This document shows, piece after piece, positions 1 to 11,300 of a stretch of 64,000 bases of DNA; the first letter of the stretch is position 1; each line of letters opens with the position of its first letter. Where the stretch lies: contig CM038999.1 of NCBI GenBank assembly GCA_017499595.2, positions 1,550,001-1,614,000 of the forward strand, given 5' to 3'. Both the position numbers and the translations under genes were made by a program. The notes beneath the pieces are model-generated. The model was given only the letters and a program-made list of their open reading frames with translations. It made no database searches and was not told the origin of the DNA. Source of the DNA: Psilocybe cubensis. Lineage: Eukaryota.

Positions 1-1135
1 AATCCGACTTTGCCCTGCGTTGCAGAACAAGCCTGCGCTCCCGACCCCCCACTTTGACCAGAAAGAGAAAGTCAAGTTTGATCCATTTGCACCGCCGTAC
101 AATGCGAATCTGCTTGTTGGCGAGCTGACGGATGAAGAGTCGAAAGAAGAGTTCATTATCCTTGTAATCCGTTTTTTTTGGTTGTTCCCTCTATTCATTG
201 AATCCATGTACTCACCATGTTCGTTTTTAGTTGAACAAATATGCTGTCATCCCCCGCCACTTTTTGCTAGTGACCAAAGGTCCAGTTTTTTGTCAATTAA
301 CAAAATATCTCTCCTTGCTGACCTGACGGGTCATAATACAGAATTCAAATCTCAGTCGTCTCCACTGATGCCTCCCGAGCTCGTCCAATCGTACCTGCTT
401 CTCGTCGCCGCCCAGAAGCAAGGGCACAAATTCTTTGGATTCTACAATTGCAAGTCTCCGATCGGCGAATGCTTGACGCTCCTTCCACTCAGATATCTAT
501 CCATTCAGGTGGCGATAACAGCGGAGCCAGTCAGTCGCATAAACACATCCAATTCGTACCCTTAGACAGCGGCGAAGACGGACCCCCAATCGAACTACTC
601 GCAAGACGCACCCGGCTTGAGCATCAAGGTATCTAAAACTTCTTTCTCCAACAAAACAAAAAACGCGCATATTATTCCGGCTGTGAATTTTCTAGACAGG
701 CCGTTTTCGCTCACGCAACTGCCGTATGCAAGCCACACGTACCGGTTCCCAAGCCACCTACCTACATACGCGCCCGAGCACCTCGAATCGCTCCTCGCAG
801 ACGCCTTCCTGCAGCTTCTCGACCTCACCATCTCGACCATCCGACACGACCCAGACTATCCCACCGGCAGCCCGTCCTACAACGTCATCCTCACTCTAGA
901 GCACCTCCACCTCATCCCCCGCAAGCTGGAAAACTACGTCCTGGCAGAATCGGGCGACAAGCTGAGCGTCAATGCGCTTGGGTACGCTGGGATGCTGCTT
1001 GTGAAGAGCGCGGAGGAGTTTGAGGTTGTCAAGCGCGAAACGGTCGGCAAGATTTTGCGGGGCGTGGGCCTTGCGAGTGTGCATGAGCTCCAGGTGGAGG
1101 GTACAGCACAGGAAGCGCCGCTTGCTGGATTGTAG
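1..1135 (+). CDS. APA2: Ap4A phosphorylase / ATP adenylyltransferase (Apa1/Apa2 family); 5' end lies outside the window
   Basis: Spliced frame gives FDPFAPPY...LNKYAVIPRHFLLVTKEFKSQSSPL...FYNCGDNSGASQSHKHIQF (HxHxQ motif)...SYNVILT...LSVNALGYAGMLLVK. Four introns, one with a GC donor at 450. Confidence 0.9.
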
Positions 1136-1693
1136 GCTTACCAGTGACCTTTCGTTTTATCTTATCTGCTTTCGGAATGGGCGCTTTAGCTCAGGAGATA
1201 GGTTCATATACACACGGGAACCGTAGATTTTGATATCCTGAATGTCATAGATTATCACCGTGAATAGAAAGGATTGTGCAGTACATTACCCGATTGTGGA
1301 CGGATTCAAGAGGTTAGATGGAGAGATGTTGTTTGCTCAAGACTATGACGTTTTTGTCAGGTACCCCATACATGAAAAGCGCTCGAACGTTCCTTCAGAC
1401 AAGGGAAAAAAGGGAGCATCTTTCATTCATTCATAAAAATGTGTTAGGCATGGGGATAGAATATAAGCAATACAGTGAATCTTTCATTATTTATACAATC
1501 TATCAGGCAAAGGGATAGAATCCGACCATCCTTGTTAGTGGATGGTGTTTGAAAAGAAACTCGAAAATTTCGTCAAGGAACCATTAATCGTACATATCGA
1601 TACCCATCTCCATCTATGCGGTATGCGATCGCGTGCGTGTCGTGTTATAGGTACAGTGTGTGCGTGTTCATGCAGTTGATTTTAGGGGAGGTG

Positions 1694-3814
1694 TTACAGT
1701 CGAGCAGCCTTTGTAGAGGTTGAATTCGGATTTGAGGATAGAGAAGACGTGGAAGTGGAAGAAAGGGATGTGGGCGAGATGAGCGCGACGACGACTGAAA
1801 TGTCGTCGCTCTTCCCACCCCTAAACGACCGCCCCGCAAGTCGCGCGCGCCGTGCGAACGGGACTTCATCCTCCTCCTCTTCCTCCGACGCTTCATCCGA
1901 CTCCTGCTCACGCACCGCTCGGGTTCGTGCGCCCGCCTTCGCCGCATCAATCTCACACTCCCTCTCCTCAGGTATCACATCAACACCAAACCGCCCTCCC
2001 CTCTCCTTCATCTTAATTTTATTACTCCGTTTCGACATGACATGAGACGGAGGGCGCGTTTCCGAGACACGTTTCGCACGCGAGCACAGAGCTTCAGCAA
2101 GCATACCCGCAAATGCCCGTCTGCGCAGGGTCGTTGTGCTGCTTTCTGGCATTTCTGTGGGCTCTAGTTTCCCTGTGCGCACACCATTCAAATCCGAACC
2201 CAGCGCACACGACACACCCCCACTCCCCGAAAGACACCCCGCGCGGACCTTGACGACCTCATCTAGCACGTCCTCATCCCATAGGTTGTCGCTCAGCCCA
2301 TCAGATGCAAGAATTAGGATATCACCCGAGCGCACGGGAAGCGTACATGTGTGCGGCTGTGTGGGGAGGGCATGAGCAGTGGGTGTGGTAGAAGTGCTTG
2401 AAGAAGACGATGATTGGGAAGAGGGGTGCATAGTGCTTTTTGAGGAGGTGGATGAAGATGTAGACGGAGAAGGTCGAGGGGGGCCGAGCTGCAGGGGGTG
2501 GTTGTACCCCCACCACATCTCATCGCTACGCCAAGCGATTGCGTCGCCGCGCACGAGCATGCCCATGCAGTCGCCGAGGTGTGCTATGCGAAGCACGGCG
2601 TCGTACGCCTCCTGATCCTGGGACCTACCAGCATCCGTGCGCTCCTCTGTTTCCTGTGGTATCGCGCTTGATGGGGATGGCGAACTAGAAGTGGAACTTG
2701 TCTCGGATCCAGATAGACTTGGCGATGCTGTGGATGAGGGAGATAGAGCGGGAGGGGAATGCGAGTAGACGGACCCAAGGGCGTAGTTCTTCTCCGGAGC
2801 AGGAGGATGGTGTGGGAGAGGGCCGGAACCGGGCGGAGGTGGATGGTCAAGGACGGCGAGAAGAGCGGTGGAGGATCCGGTGGTTAGGGGTATGGGAGTC
2901 TCTATCGATGAGGAGGCGGGGGGAAGATGGTGGACTTTTACGGTGCTATCGTATGCGCGCTCGAGGATGCGGAGGATGTCGATACCCTCTTCGAGCTCTT
3001 CGAGAGACGAAGTGAGTGAATCCTGAAGATCGGAAAAGGAAAAGGGGCCGGGAGTTGATGGGGGGGCAGGGACGGCAAAGGGTGTGTAGGATGCAGGGCC
3101 AAAGGATGTGCGGGGTTTCAGGTGGTGCGTGAATGAAAAGTGGGTCGTAGGGGGGCGGGCAGTCGGGTCAGGACGGAACGGAGTTTGGTCGTGGGCAGAG
3201 GCATCGAGGGCCTCTATCTCAGCGGCGCAAAAGTGCATGAGACGGCGGGAGAAGAGGGCGCTGGGGGTCGGATGGGCAGGGTTGGGTGTCTGGGAGCGAG
3301 ACCAGCCGCCAACGCCGTCTGCGATGCCCATCGCATTGTCGCAGACAAAGTAAGAGTCTTCCCCGACCTGCACTGAAAGGGCAGTGTGGGGGTACTGGCT
3401 CGTAGATGGGCTTGCTGAGGAGTGGTATGCGCGGGTGTGGGGACGGTGCTTGGGGATGCCATATGCGCCTACATCGAGCTGGTAACGCAGCCGCTGACGC
3501 TTGTGTGCGCGGGGGCTGGCGGCTGCGGCGGCTGCGGCATGTGTGGGGGGCGGCTGCTCTGGGAGATGGACAAGGGCGGGGAGAAGCGGGGGAGAGAGGG
3601 GAGCGGGGTTGGTGAGCGGGGGCTGGTTGGCAGGGGCAGGCTGAGTGAGGGCGAGCTGGGAGTGCTGAGACTGCTTGGGGGCCTCGCTGGGGAGACGGGG
3701 GGGAGTAGTGAGGACTGGGCGGGAGGTGGATGTCGGTGGCTGGGCAGTGAGCGTAGAGAGCGAGTTGGAGCGGACGCGGGGCAAGACAAGCAGACGCTGG
3801 CGCATCCGACTCAT
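1694..3814 (-). CDS. PTC7: PP2C-family protein phosphatase, PTC7-like, with low-complexity inserts; apparently intronless
   Basis: Motifs VGEDSYF, IADGVGGW, GSSTALL, AHLGDCMG, ILASDGLSDNLWD, GGKSDDISVVVA. First plausible ATG is 3814 (MSRMRQRLLV); protein ends -KAARL. Confidence 0.85.
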   Translation of the reverse strand: MSRMRQRLLVLPRVRSNSLSTLTAQPPTSTSRPVLTTPPRLPSEAPKQSQHSQLALTQPAPANQPPLTNPAPLSPPLLPALVHLPEQPPPTHAAAAAAASPRAHKRQRLRYQLDVGAYGIPKHRPHTRAYHSSASPSTSQYPHTALSVQVGEDSYFVCDNAMGIADGVGGWSRSQTPNPAHPTPSALFSRRLMHFCAAEIEALDASAHDQTPFRPDPTARPPTTHFSFTHHLKPRTSFGPASYTPFAVPAPPSTPGPFSFSDLQDSLTSSLEELEEGIDILRILERAYDSTVKVHHLPPASSSIETPIPLTTGSSTALLAVLDHPPPPGSGPLPHHPPAPEKNYALGSVYSHSPPALSPSSTASPSLSGSETSSTSSSPSPSSAIPQETEERTDAGRSQDQEAYDAVLRIAHLGDCMGMLVRGDAIAWRSDEMWWGYNHPLQLGPPRPSPSTSSSTSSKSTMHPSSQSSSSSSTSTTPTAHALPTQPHTCTLPVRSGDILILASDGLSDNLWDEDVLDEVVKVRAGCLSGSGGVSCALGSDLNGVRTGKLEPTEMPESSTTTLRRRAFAGMLAEALCSRAKRVSETRPPSHVMSKRSNKIKMKERGGRFGVDVIPEERECEIDAAKAGARTRAVREQESDEASEEEEEDEVPFARRARLAGRSFRGGKSDDISVVVALISPTSLSSTSTSSLSSNPNSTSTKAARL

Positions 3815-3941
3815 CGTGGTGGTAGCAACAAAACTCTCATTTCGTTTATTTTCTATTTTCATTTCATTTCTTTGATCTGTCCCACACTTGTCTGCATTCT
3901 TGCTCACTCTTCCCCCGCTTCTCTCTTTATGACCACAACTC

Positions 3942-4597
3942 ATGTCTCCCTCTCTCTCTTCAACATTCAGTGAGTCCTTCTCTTGCTCAATCTCCCCTTT
4001 TCTCATTGCTGTCCTAGGTTCGTTACATAACGCTGCCCGTGTAGTCGTTGCTCGCGCAGTCAGCTCCTCCGAGGCTGCTTCTCTGGGAGGGTATGCTCTC
4101 ACCACATTCACGACTTCTGCATCAACTAACTCCCTTCCAGAAAGAAAGCAAAGACACCCATCATCGCCGGCAGCATCTGCGGAGGTGTCCTCTTTCTCGC
4201 ATGGGTCATAGGCTTCGCTATATACTTCAGAAAGAGGATCAACCGCAAGAAACGCAACAGGCTCATTGCACAGGGCAAGGCAACGCCCAGAGAGAAGGAC
4301 TTGGACATCCCCACTGAGAAAATCGTCATCCCTCCCGACCCAGCCGTACTCCTTGGCCGTGCCAAACCGGGTGAGAATGTCTTCCCAGAGCGTCAGCATT
4401 CAAAGGACGGCCACCACCACCACCTGCCATGGTCAACTCCCTCCCGGCATGGCTCACACTCGACTACCAACGGTTCTACTCCTAATCGTACCCCGGGCCT
4501 TGTCGAAAGCAGCATCATGTCCAACAAGCTGGTTTCCTCCCCGCGACCACAGGACGACGATATTGTCGATACAATGACGGTCCCGTCCAACGTGTAG
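3942..4597 (+). CDS. Small single-pass membrane protein of unknown function
   Basis: Exons 3942-3969, 4018-4090 and 4141-4597 join in frame via GTGAGT..TAG and GTATGC..CAG introns. One TM segment (IIAGSICGGVLFLAWVIGFAIYF) followed by a basic stop-transfer stretch (RKRINRKKR). Confidence 0.7.
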
Positions 4598-4739
4598 GCC
4601 CATGCTCAATACTCTTAGACGACCTTGCAACGACATGATAACCAACGGACTTTGTTATACCCTACGACACATGATAGCTACGTTTTGAATCCCTGGGGGC
4701 ATAGATTGGTTGTACAATGACTTTAATATCTATTTTTAT

Positions 4740-7700
4740 TCAATCACAATAAGCACCCTGACTGGCGGGCTGGACAAATATATCCTCATCAATGTATATT
4801 CTCGGAAATCCATATTTTTGATGCTTACCGCCACATCCCGAGCATATCTGAGCAGTATACCGCGCTTTACATTAAGCTTGCCTTTATCCGACGCCAACCA
4901 CTCCTCTCTGCGTCGTTTCTGTTCTTCCTCGTCCACAAACCAGTCAATCTGGCGGGTAGCAGAGTCAATCACAATCCGGTCCCCGTCTTTAGCTAGCGCA
5001 ATAGGTCCGCCCAGACGAGCTTCCGGTACGACGTGCCCGATGATGAATCCTCGACTAGCACCCGAAAATCGTCCGTCCGTGATAAGAGCTGTAGAATTGG
5101 CCAACCCTGCACCAGCGATAGCTCCGGTCGGACCTCGTAAATAAAGATAATTCAGTAGGAGCAAAGTCAACTCTAACTTCGATCATATGCACCTAGCATT
5201 TCTGGCATCCCTGGAGCACCCTTGGGTCCTTGATATCTGAATATGAGCACCATGCCGGCTGTGATTTCTCCCTTTTCCAATAAAGTGTAGAACCCCTCCA
5301 AGCTAAAGGTATGACGTCAGAAGAGACGCCAGTCAACAAAAATCGAACATACCTATCGAAGCATTTCGCAGTCCCCTATTCAAACGGTGCTTAGGATACA
5401 AAAAACGATGCAAATTAAAACAGCATGCTGACCTCGAAGCGCAATCCTTCCTTTCCAGTCAATTTAGCTACTGCGGTCCCAGGAGCAAGGTTGCCTCTGA
5501 GAATAGTCAAGTGCCCGGTAGGTTTAATCGGGTTACTGAGTGGGCGGAAAACATCCTGCTTGTCAAAGTTGAGCTCAGCAACATCCTCCAAGTTCTCCGC
5601 CAGTGTCTTGCCCGTCACCGTGAGCTGAGAACCGTCAATCAGGTCTGTATGATTCAAAAGGTATTTCAAAATGGCGGGAATGCCGCCAATGCGGTGTATG
5701 TCCTCCATGTAATATCTTCCAGATGGCCTGTGTGATTCTTCGTCGGCGGTGAATCCTGTGCAATGAATGATTTATGCTCACATTAAATCAGCCAAAAATG
5801 GCGTTTTATCTGCTATCATTTGGAAGTCGTCAATAGTGAGATCAATCTCGGCCGCTCGAGCCATTGCCAACAAATGGAGGACCTGAAAGAACACATCAAT
5901 TTTGACCCAAGGCGAAGTTGAGGGGCACGTACTGCGTTGGTGGAACCTCCCAAGACAGTGATGATGACAATTGCATTCAAAAATGAGTTGCGGGTCAAGA
6001 TGTCTCTGCAAGAAGCGATTTATAACCTATACATCGAGAAATGATATAAAGGCTAACCTTGGTTTAATATCCAGCGCAAGAAGGTTTTTGAGGTACTTTG
6101 CAGCTCGAATGCACTCCTGCACCTTTTCTGGAAATCTGAGCTTTAGCGTGTCGCAAGCTCGATTAATATGCTTGCAGGCGTACCAGGGTATGCAGCAGGA
6201 ATGCTCGAAGAGTAGGGCAGAGACATCCCCAGAACCTTCATACATTATCAATAAAAACAATCAAGGCGATACCAAAGCAAAAAAATCTTCAAACCTCAAG
6301 TGCGGAACTCATTGTGTTGGCGGTGTACATCCCACCACAAGCACCAGCTCCAGGGCAAGCATGTCGAACGACATCAAAGCGTTGCTCGTCGGTTATCTTT
6401 CCGACGGCGAAAGCGCCTGTAATTCAGGTTCAAAAGTTAGAATAAGATGTGTGGAAATTTCTCTGTCAAATTCACCATAGGATTCAAATGCATCGGAGAT
6501 GTTCACAGTTCCGCCCTTTTCTTTTCCCATGGATGGACAATCTAAAGTAATATTTCTGTTATTTGGAAAGACGTTGAGAAAAAAAATTTATATGCCTACC
6601 AAGATGTCTAACTCCAGCTTGGATTGTACCTCCGTACACAATGATAGTCGGTCGGTTGTGTCGAACGGCAGCCATAAAACAGCCTGGCATGTTTTTGTCA
6701 CAGCCAGGAAGAGAGATGTTGCCGTCATAATGTTGCGCCTAAATCAAGTGGGTTCATTCATAAATGTAAGGTATAGATGATTGCTAAGGCGTACCATTAC
6801 GACCTGGATACACGTCAAGTCAAAAAACAAGCTTGTGGTATAAACAGTGATTTACTGACCGCTTCAATGGAATCCGCAATGATGTCCCGACTCGGAAGGC
6901 TAATCGCCTGTTGGAGCTCACTCGAATAATTTGAAACGAATGCACTTACGAATATCGCATTCCTGAACATTGTCCATCAGAAACAAAGCCACCTTAAGAA
7001 CAAGAAAGATAATTTACCATCGGTTCCCATTGTAATTGCATCACTATTATCATGCCCATTAGTTCCTCCGTAAGCCTTTCATAACAGAGTGTCGACTAAC
7101 CTGACACCAATGGTGTTGAAGATGAGTCCAACAAGGTCTTCCTGCTTACATCCCTCTTTAACATGTTTCGCAAGGTCAAGCTACAAAAACGACGGAAATG
7201 AACTCGTAATCCAATCTCTTGACAATGATAAAATGCGTACAAGGTGGGAATTGCAAGGGTTTCCTGGTACACTGTAGTAAGCATACTTATCTAGAACTCA
7301 AAAAACAATCCAAGCATCAGCGTACCTTCCCACCAAACCGGAGAAATTCCGATCTATTTAGAATCATCAAAAAAGTGAGAACGGGCTCGGTCTTCCGGTT
7401 CCGCTTGAATTGGCGAAAAGACACACACCTGCGGTTTGTTCATATCATTCTCATCCAACCCCACAGCATACACTGTTCGAGTCAAGACACTTCAGCGTCT
7501 GCTAAGTCAATACCCAACTGTTTTGAATTCTTACGCATCGCTTGTGCACCACCACGAATCTTTTAATCCAAAGTTACATCAATCACCTCGCATCTCGAAA
7601 GCCCATGGGTTGGGTTGCAAGAATACCTTGTTTTGTGTAATTTGACATGATACCCTATTCAGAACAGGAGAGCCAGATGCAGGCCTAGTAATTGAATGGC

Positions 7701-7796
7701 TGCAAGCGATGGCGCAAGTCAGAATCCTTGAGCCAAAATGACATATAGCTAGCGCCGACGGAGAACTTACATTTGAACCTCGCCTTCGGAAGACAT
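4740..7796 (-). CDS. ILV3: Dihydroxy-acid dehydratase (IlvD/Ilv3 family), about 20 exons
   Basis: Spliced motifs [104 protein letters not shown]; last exon PASQGAYCD*. Confidence 0.93.
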
Positions 7797-8120
7797 GATG
7801 AACCAAAAGATACAGGGGTACCCGGGACATTATTATGCCTTTGTCTCGCCCTTATATAGATGTTGGATATCATCAATCCTGCCTGGCGGGAGGGAGGCCA
7901 ATTGGTCGCGAATTGCAAGTCATTGGACTCGTCCTCATGAGGGGGCCAGACAACCCTCGGGCCGGTTCTCTTCAATGGTACATATAGTATCGTGTAATTT
8001 GTGTGTAATAATATTTAGGGTTAGCCAATAGGATTGATGTAGATTGTCATTACTCGACGAATGCCAAAGCCGCGAAAGCACACAATAGAAAAAAAATAGA
8101 GATGTAGCACAGTCTCAGAT

Positions 8121-10541
8121 CTAGAAGTCAAACCCTTCCCTTCGGAAAATATCAAGGCTGCTCTTCGCTTCAGGCTTTGCGAGATCTGCAAGGTCGTTGC
8201 GTTTCTGTAGAAATATGTCGTCAGTTATAACGTCTATGGCCCAAGACTAAATATGAAAGTACCATAGACAAAAAGGCACGACGGAGGGTAAACCAAAGTT
8301 GATCACTAGTATCCCCGCTAGTGGATTCTTGAAGACTCAACGCGCTCAAGAAATGCTCAGCGGCTTCGTGATCTGCCCCGATGTTCAGACCTGGAATGAA
8401 GATGAGTTTAATCAACAATCGCGCAGTCTAAATTCGCTCACAAGCAACGCCAACGTTGTAAATGGCACGGGTGTATGTTGGCCTTAGTTGCAATGCTTCT
8501 CTGTATGCTCCGAGGGCCTCCTCTGGTTTGTTGCCATTAGAAAGGGAGGATCCCAGCCTATTCCACAACAGATAATCCTGGAGTTCGAGTTAGAATGCAA
8601 GCGGGGATCCGCTCAAAATAAAGTCCATACCTTGGGCCGTGCATTAAGCGCCGCTACAAAGCAGTCCTGTGCTCTTTCGTATTCAGCGTTTGTGTAGAAC
8701 AATACACCCAGTGCAATTTGCAATTCAGGATCCATCTGATCTTTTCCATGTTGCGTTCTCGCTAAATCGAGGAATAACTCTGTTATGCGGCCATGGGTAT
8801 CCCATGACGAGTTGGTCGAGATGGCCCTTATTGTTTCCTCGGGAATTTGCACATCCGGGTATCTGGCTCTGAACCACCTCATTAGCATGGTATGAGATGC
8901 GCGATCGTAGGATTCATTCGTGAAAGATATCGCCAGAGACTTGTAGAGAATAATGGTTAGCGTCCACATAAACATTAGGATAGAAATTTTTTTACCAGCA
9001 TTCCTGCCCCTGGAGTACCGTTTTCCTCTGCCTTCCTAACACCTTGAAGCAGAGCGCGCATGCCGGCGTCCTCTCGTTCATCCATATTTCTGGTTTCACC
9101 AAGTAGAACCCAAGTTTCGTATCCACCTTCACCGAGCTCCCCTTGTTGGATTGCTGCTTCAAGCATCAAGGCGGCTTCCGATAATGACCCGTTGTTTTCA
9201 AGCAGTGCTTTTGCTTCTCCCAAAAGCGAGCGTGACGAGGAAGGGTCGAGATATTTGTTATTTGGTTCTAGAAAGGATTCAATCGGACATGCACAATTTA
9301 ATAAAGTTAGATTCATCATACCGAAGGTATAATCTCCCAACAGAGGGATGCCTTCGCCATCAAATTTCATGCCTTGGTCAAAGGTGTCCTCAAAATTACC
9401 CAAACCTCCTTCCCATGCTTTCTGCATATTTGCTCCATAGTCTTCAAGTTCGTCTCGCTGTGCATTCATTAACTGTGAGAATTCAGCCTCCCATTTTGCC
9501 ATATCTTCCTTTGGCGGCGGAAGTTCCGAGTTCTGTAAGTGATCCCACACCCTGACGATGAAAAAGGTCAGTTAATCTGCGCCAGATGAAAAACAAAAAA
9601 GTAACAACGAACTTTTGGAAATCTGTACCAAGTTCTTCGTTTTCTCCGTTGAGGGTGGCGTTTTTCAAAGCCTCTTCTAGACTAGCAACGGTATCGTCTA
9701 CTTCCTCTATACGTGAAGTCTGAGCCTCTTTGGGTCCAAAAGACTCTGCGATTTGAGCAAAGGCGGCCTCGAAATCGACTTCCCTGGCCTTGCCTTTTCC
9801 CTGATCGGAAACATTCATGTTTGGATTAAGTCCATATTGCATAGGGGGGCTATTCATGCCATACATCCCCAGGCCCACTGGCATAGAATTTCCATACATT
9901 GGCTGCATGTAAGATGGACGCTGTTGATCTGGATGTTGGTCAGTCATAAGTCAAATGGATAGTGTTCTACAAGACATACATTCAGGTCTACTCGGTATAC
10001 CCTGTTGCAATGGAGCTGCTGAAGAATTTGTCTGGGGTGCATTACTGAATTCCGTGGCCCACGCGGCTTTCGCAGAATCTTCGAAGGCCCGCATTTGTTG
10101 TTGCTGCTGCTCCATAGCCCACGCTTGACCCATCCCTGATCTCGCATTTGCTTCAGACATACGAGCGAGATCAGCAGGATGCTGCATAGAAAATCCGGGT
10201 ACCAATCCGTGAGAGCTTCCTTCAAAGAATTGGCGAGCAAGGGCCAAGTCTTGTTCATTGGCGGGAATAGATGACGAACTTCCAGGAAGTTGGTGAAGCT
10301 ACAGCTCAACTGTTGGTGATGATATCACGATGCAATAAAATAGTTTTGCGTACTCTAGATGTTGACGGCCCCGATAGTCTGTCCTACAGGTGACTAAGAA
10401 TCGCCGACTTGCAAAGTGCAGATACCCATCTAAACTCACCTGCTGAAGGCTACGATCGCCTTCAGTGTGCTTCAAAACTTGAGAGAGTGGATTTGATGGT
10501 GCAGCACATTCTGATCCAGAGATGAGACCTTGGAATGACAT
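8121..10541 (-). CDS. PEX5: Peroxisomal PTS1 receptor Pex5 (TPR protein)
   Basis: N-terminal conserved Cys ([14 protein letters not shown]), WxxxF motifs (WATEF, WEAEF), TPR motifs LGVLFY and [40 protein letters not shown]; ends FRKEGFDF*. Confidence 0.95.
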
Positions 10542-10740
10542 TGGAATGGGTATGATGAACAACGACGAAAAGCAGTCGCGCAACTGACGAAGATCAAAAG
10601 TTGCGGGGTTTAGCTTACAGCCGGTCCGGAAAGTAATCACGGGAAAGATTGATGACAAAGCAGTGCGGACTCTGAATAGGGACCACACCCTGCTCTTGCT
10701 CCTCGCCCTTTGCTTCAATTTCTTTCCTCTCTGACAACAC

Positions 10741-10752
10741 CCTGACGTCAGG
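10741..10752. promoter_or_regulatory. CRE/ATF-type palindrome CCTGACGTCAGG in the PEX5/BUD4 divergent intergenic region
   Basis: Perfect 12-bp palindrome with a TGACGTCA core about 200 bp upstream of the PEX5 ATG; function is inferred only. Confidence 0.3.
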
Positions 10753-11300
10753 CGCTTCCTGAGATTCTCTTGAGACTACTGGTGCCATATGCACTTTGAT
10801 GGAGCAAGAGTTATGCGATCTGCGAAAGTGTTCCCGAACTTACGCGAAAGATATCGTCAAGCATCAGCGATTGACCCCCACTTTGCTGGCACCCATACTA
10901 AAAGAGCACCCTGTTTATGGATGCGCATCAGCCAGGTGTTCGAGACCCCGGCGCTAAAACGGTGGGCGTTATTATATAGGAGTTTCAGGTTTGGAAAGTA
11001 CATATCTGTCCATACTTGCCAAACCAAGGATGCATGGATTAATTACGATGAATGATGGAAATATTTCTCCCCATTGCCGAGATAGGGAGTTAATATGGAG
11101 ACGCCGTCATGTGACCGACGCGCAAGGAGGAACGGAGGCAAATTCCCACGGAAGCTGTTTGTTGAATGTGGGCGGCAGGCTGTACTCTGCTTTCTTCCAC
11201 CATCTGCTTTCAATTCTTCTACCTATCTTTTTTTTTTCTCCGGCCGCGATACTCTCTCTGTAACAACTCATACCTTGGGCCTTTTTCTCTTGTATACCCA

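Noticed and set aside
3815-4399. N-terminal 195-aa extension of the 901-aa ORF
   Set aside because: It starts at a non-ATG codon, has no PP2C features and is largely antisense to a well-formed spliced plus-strand gene.
4740-7796. DHAD as an AstD-like self-resistance gene of a biosynthetic cluster
   Set aside because: No terpene cyclase, P450, PKS or NRPS in the window; its neighbours are housekeeping genes.
7579-7830. [18 protein letters not shown] as the DHAD mitochondrial presequence
   Set aside because: After splicing intron 1 this frame hits TAG within five codons; it would connect only if that intron were retained.
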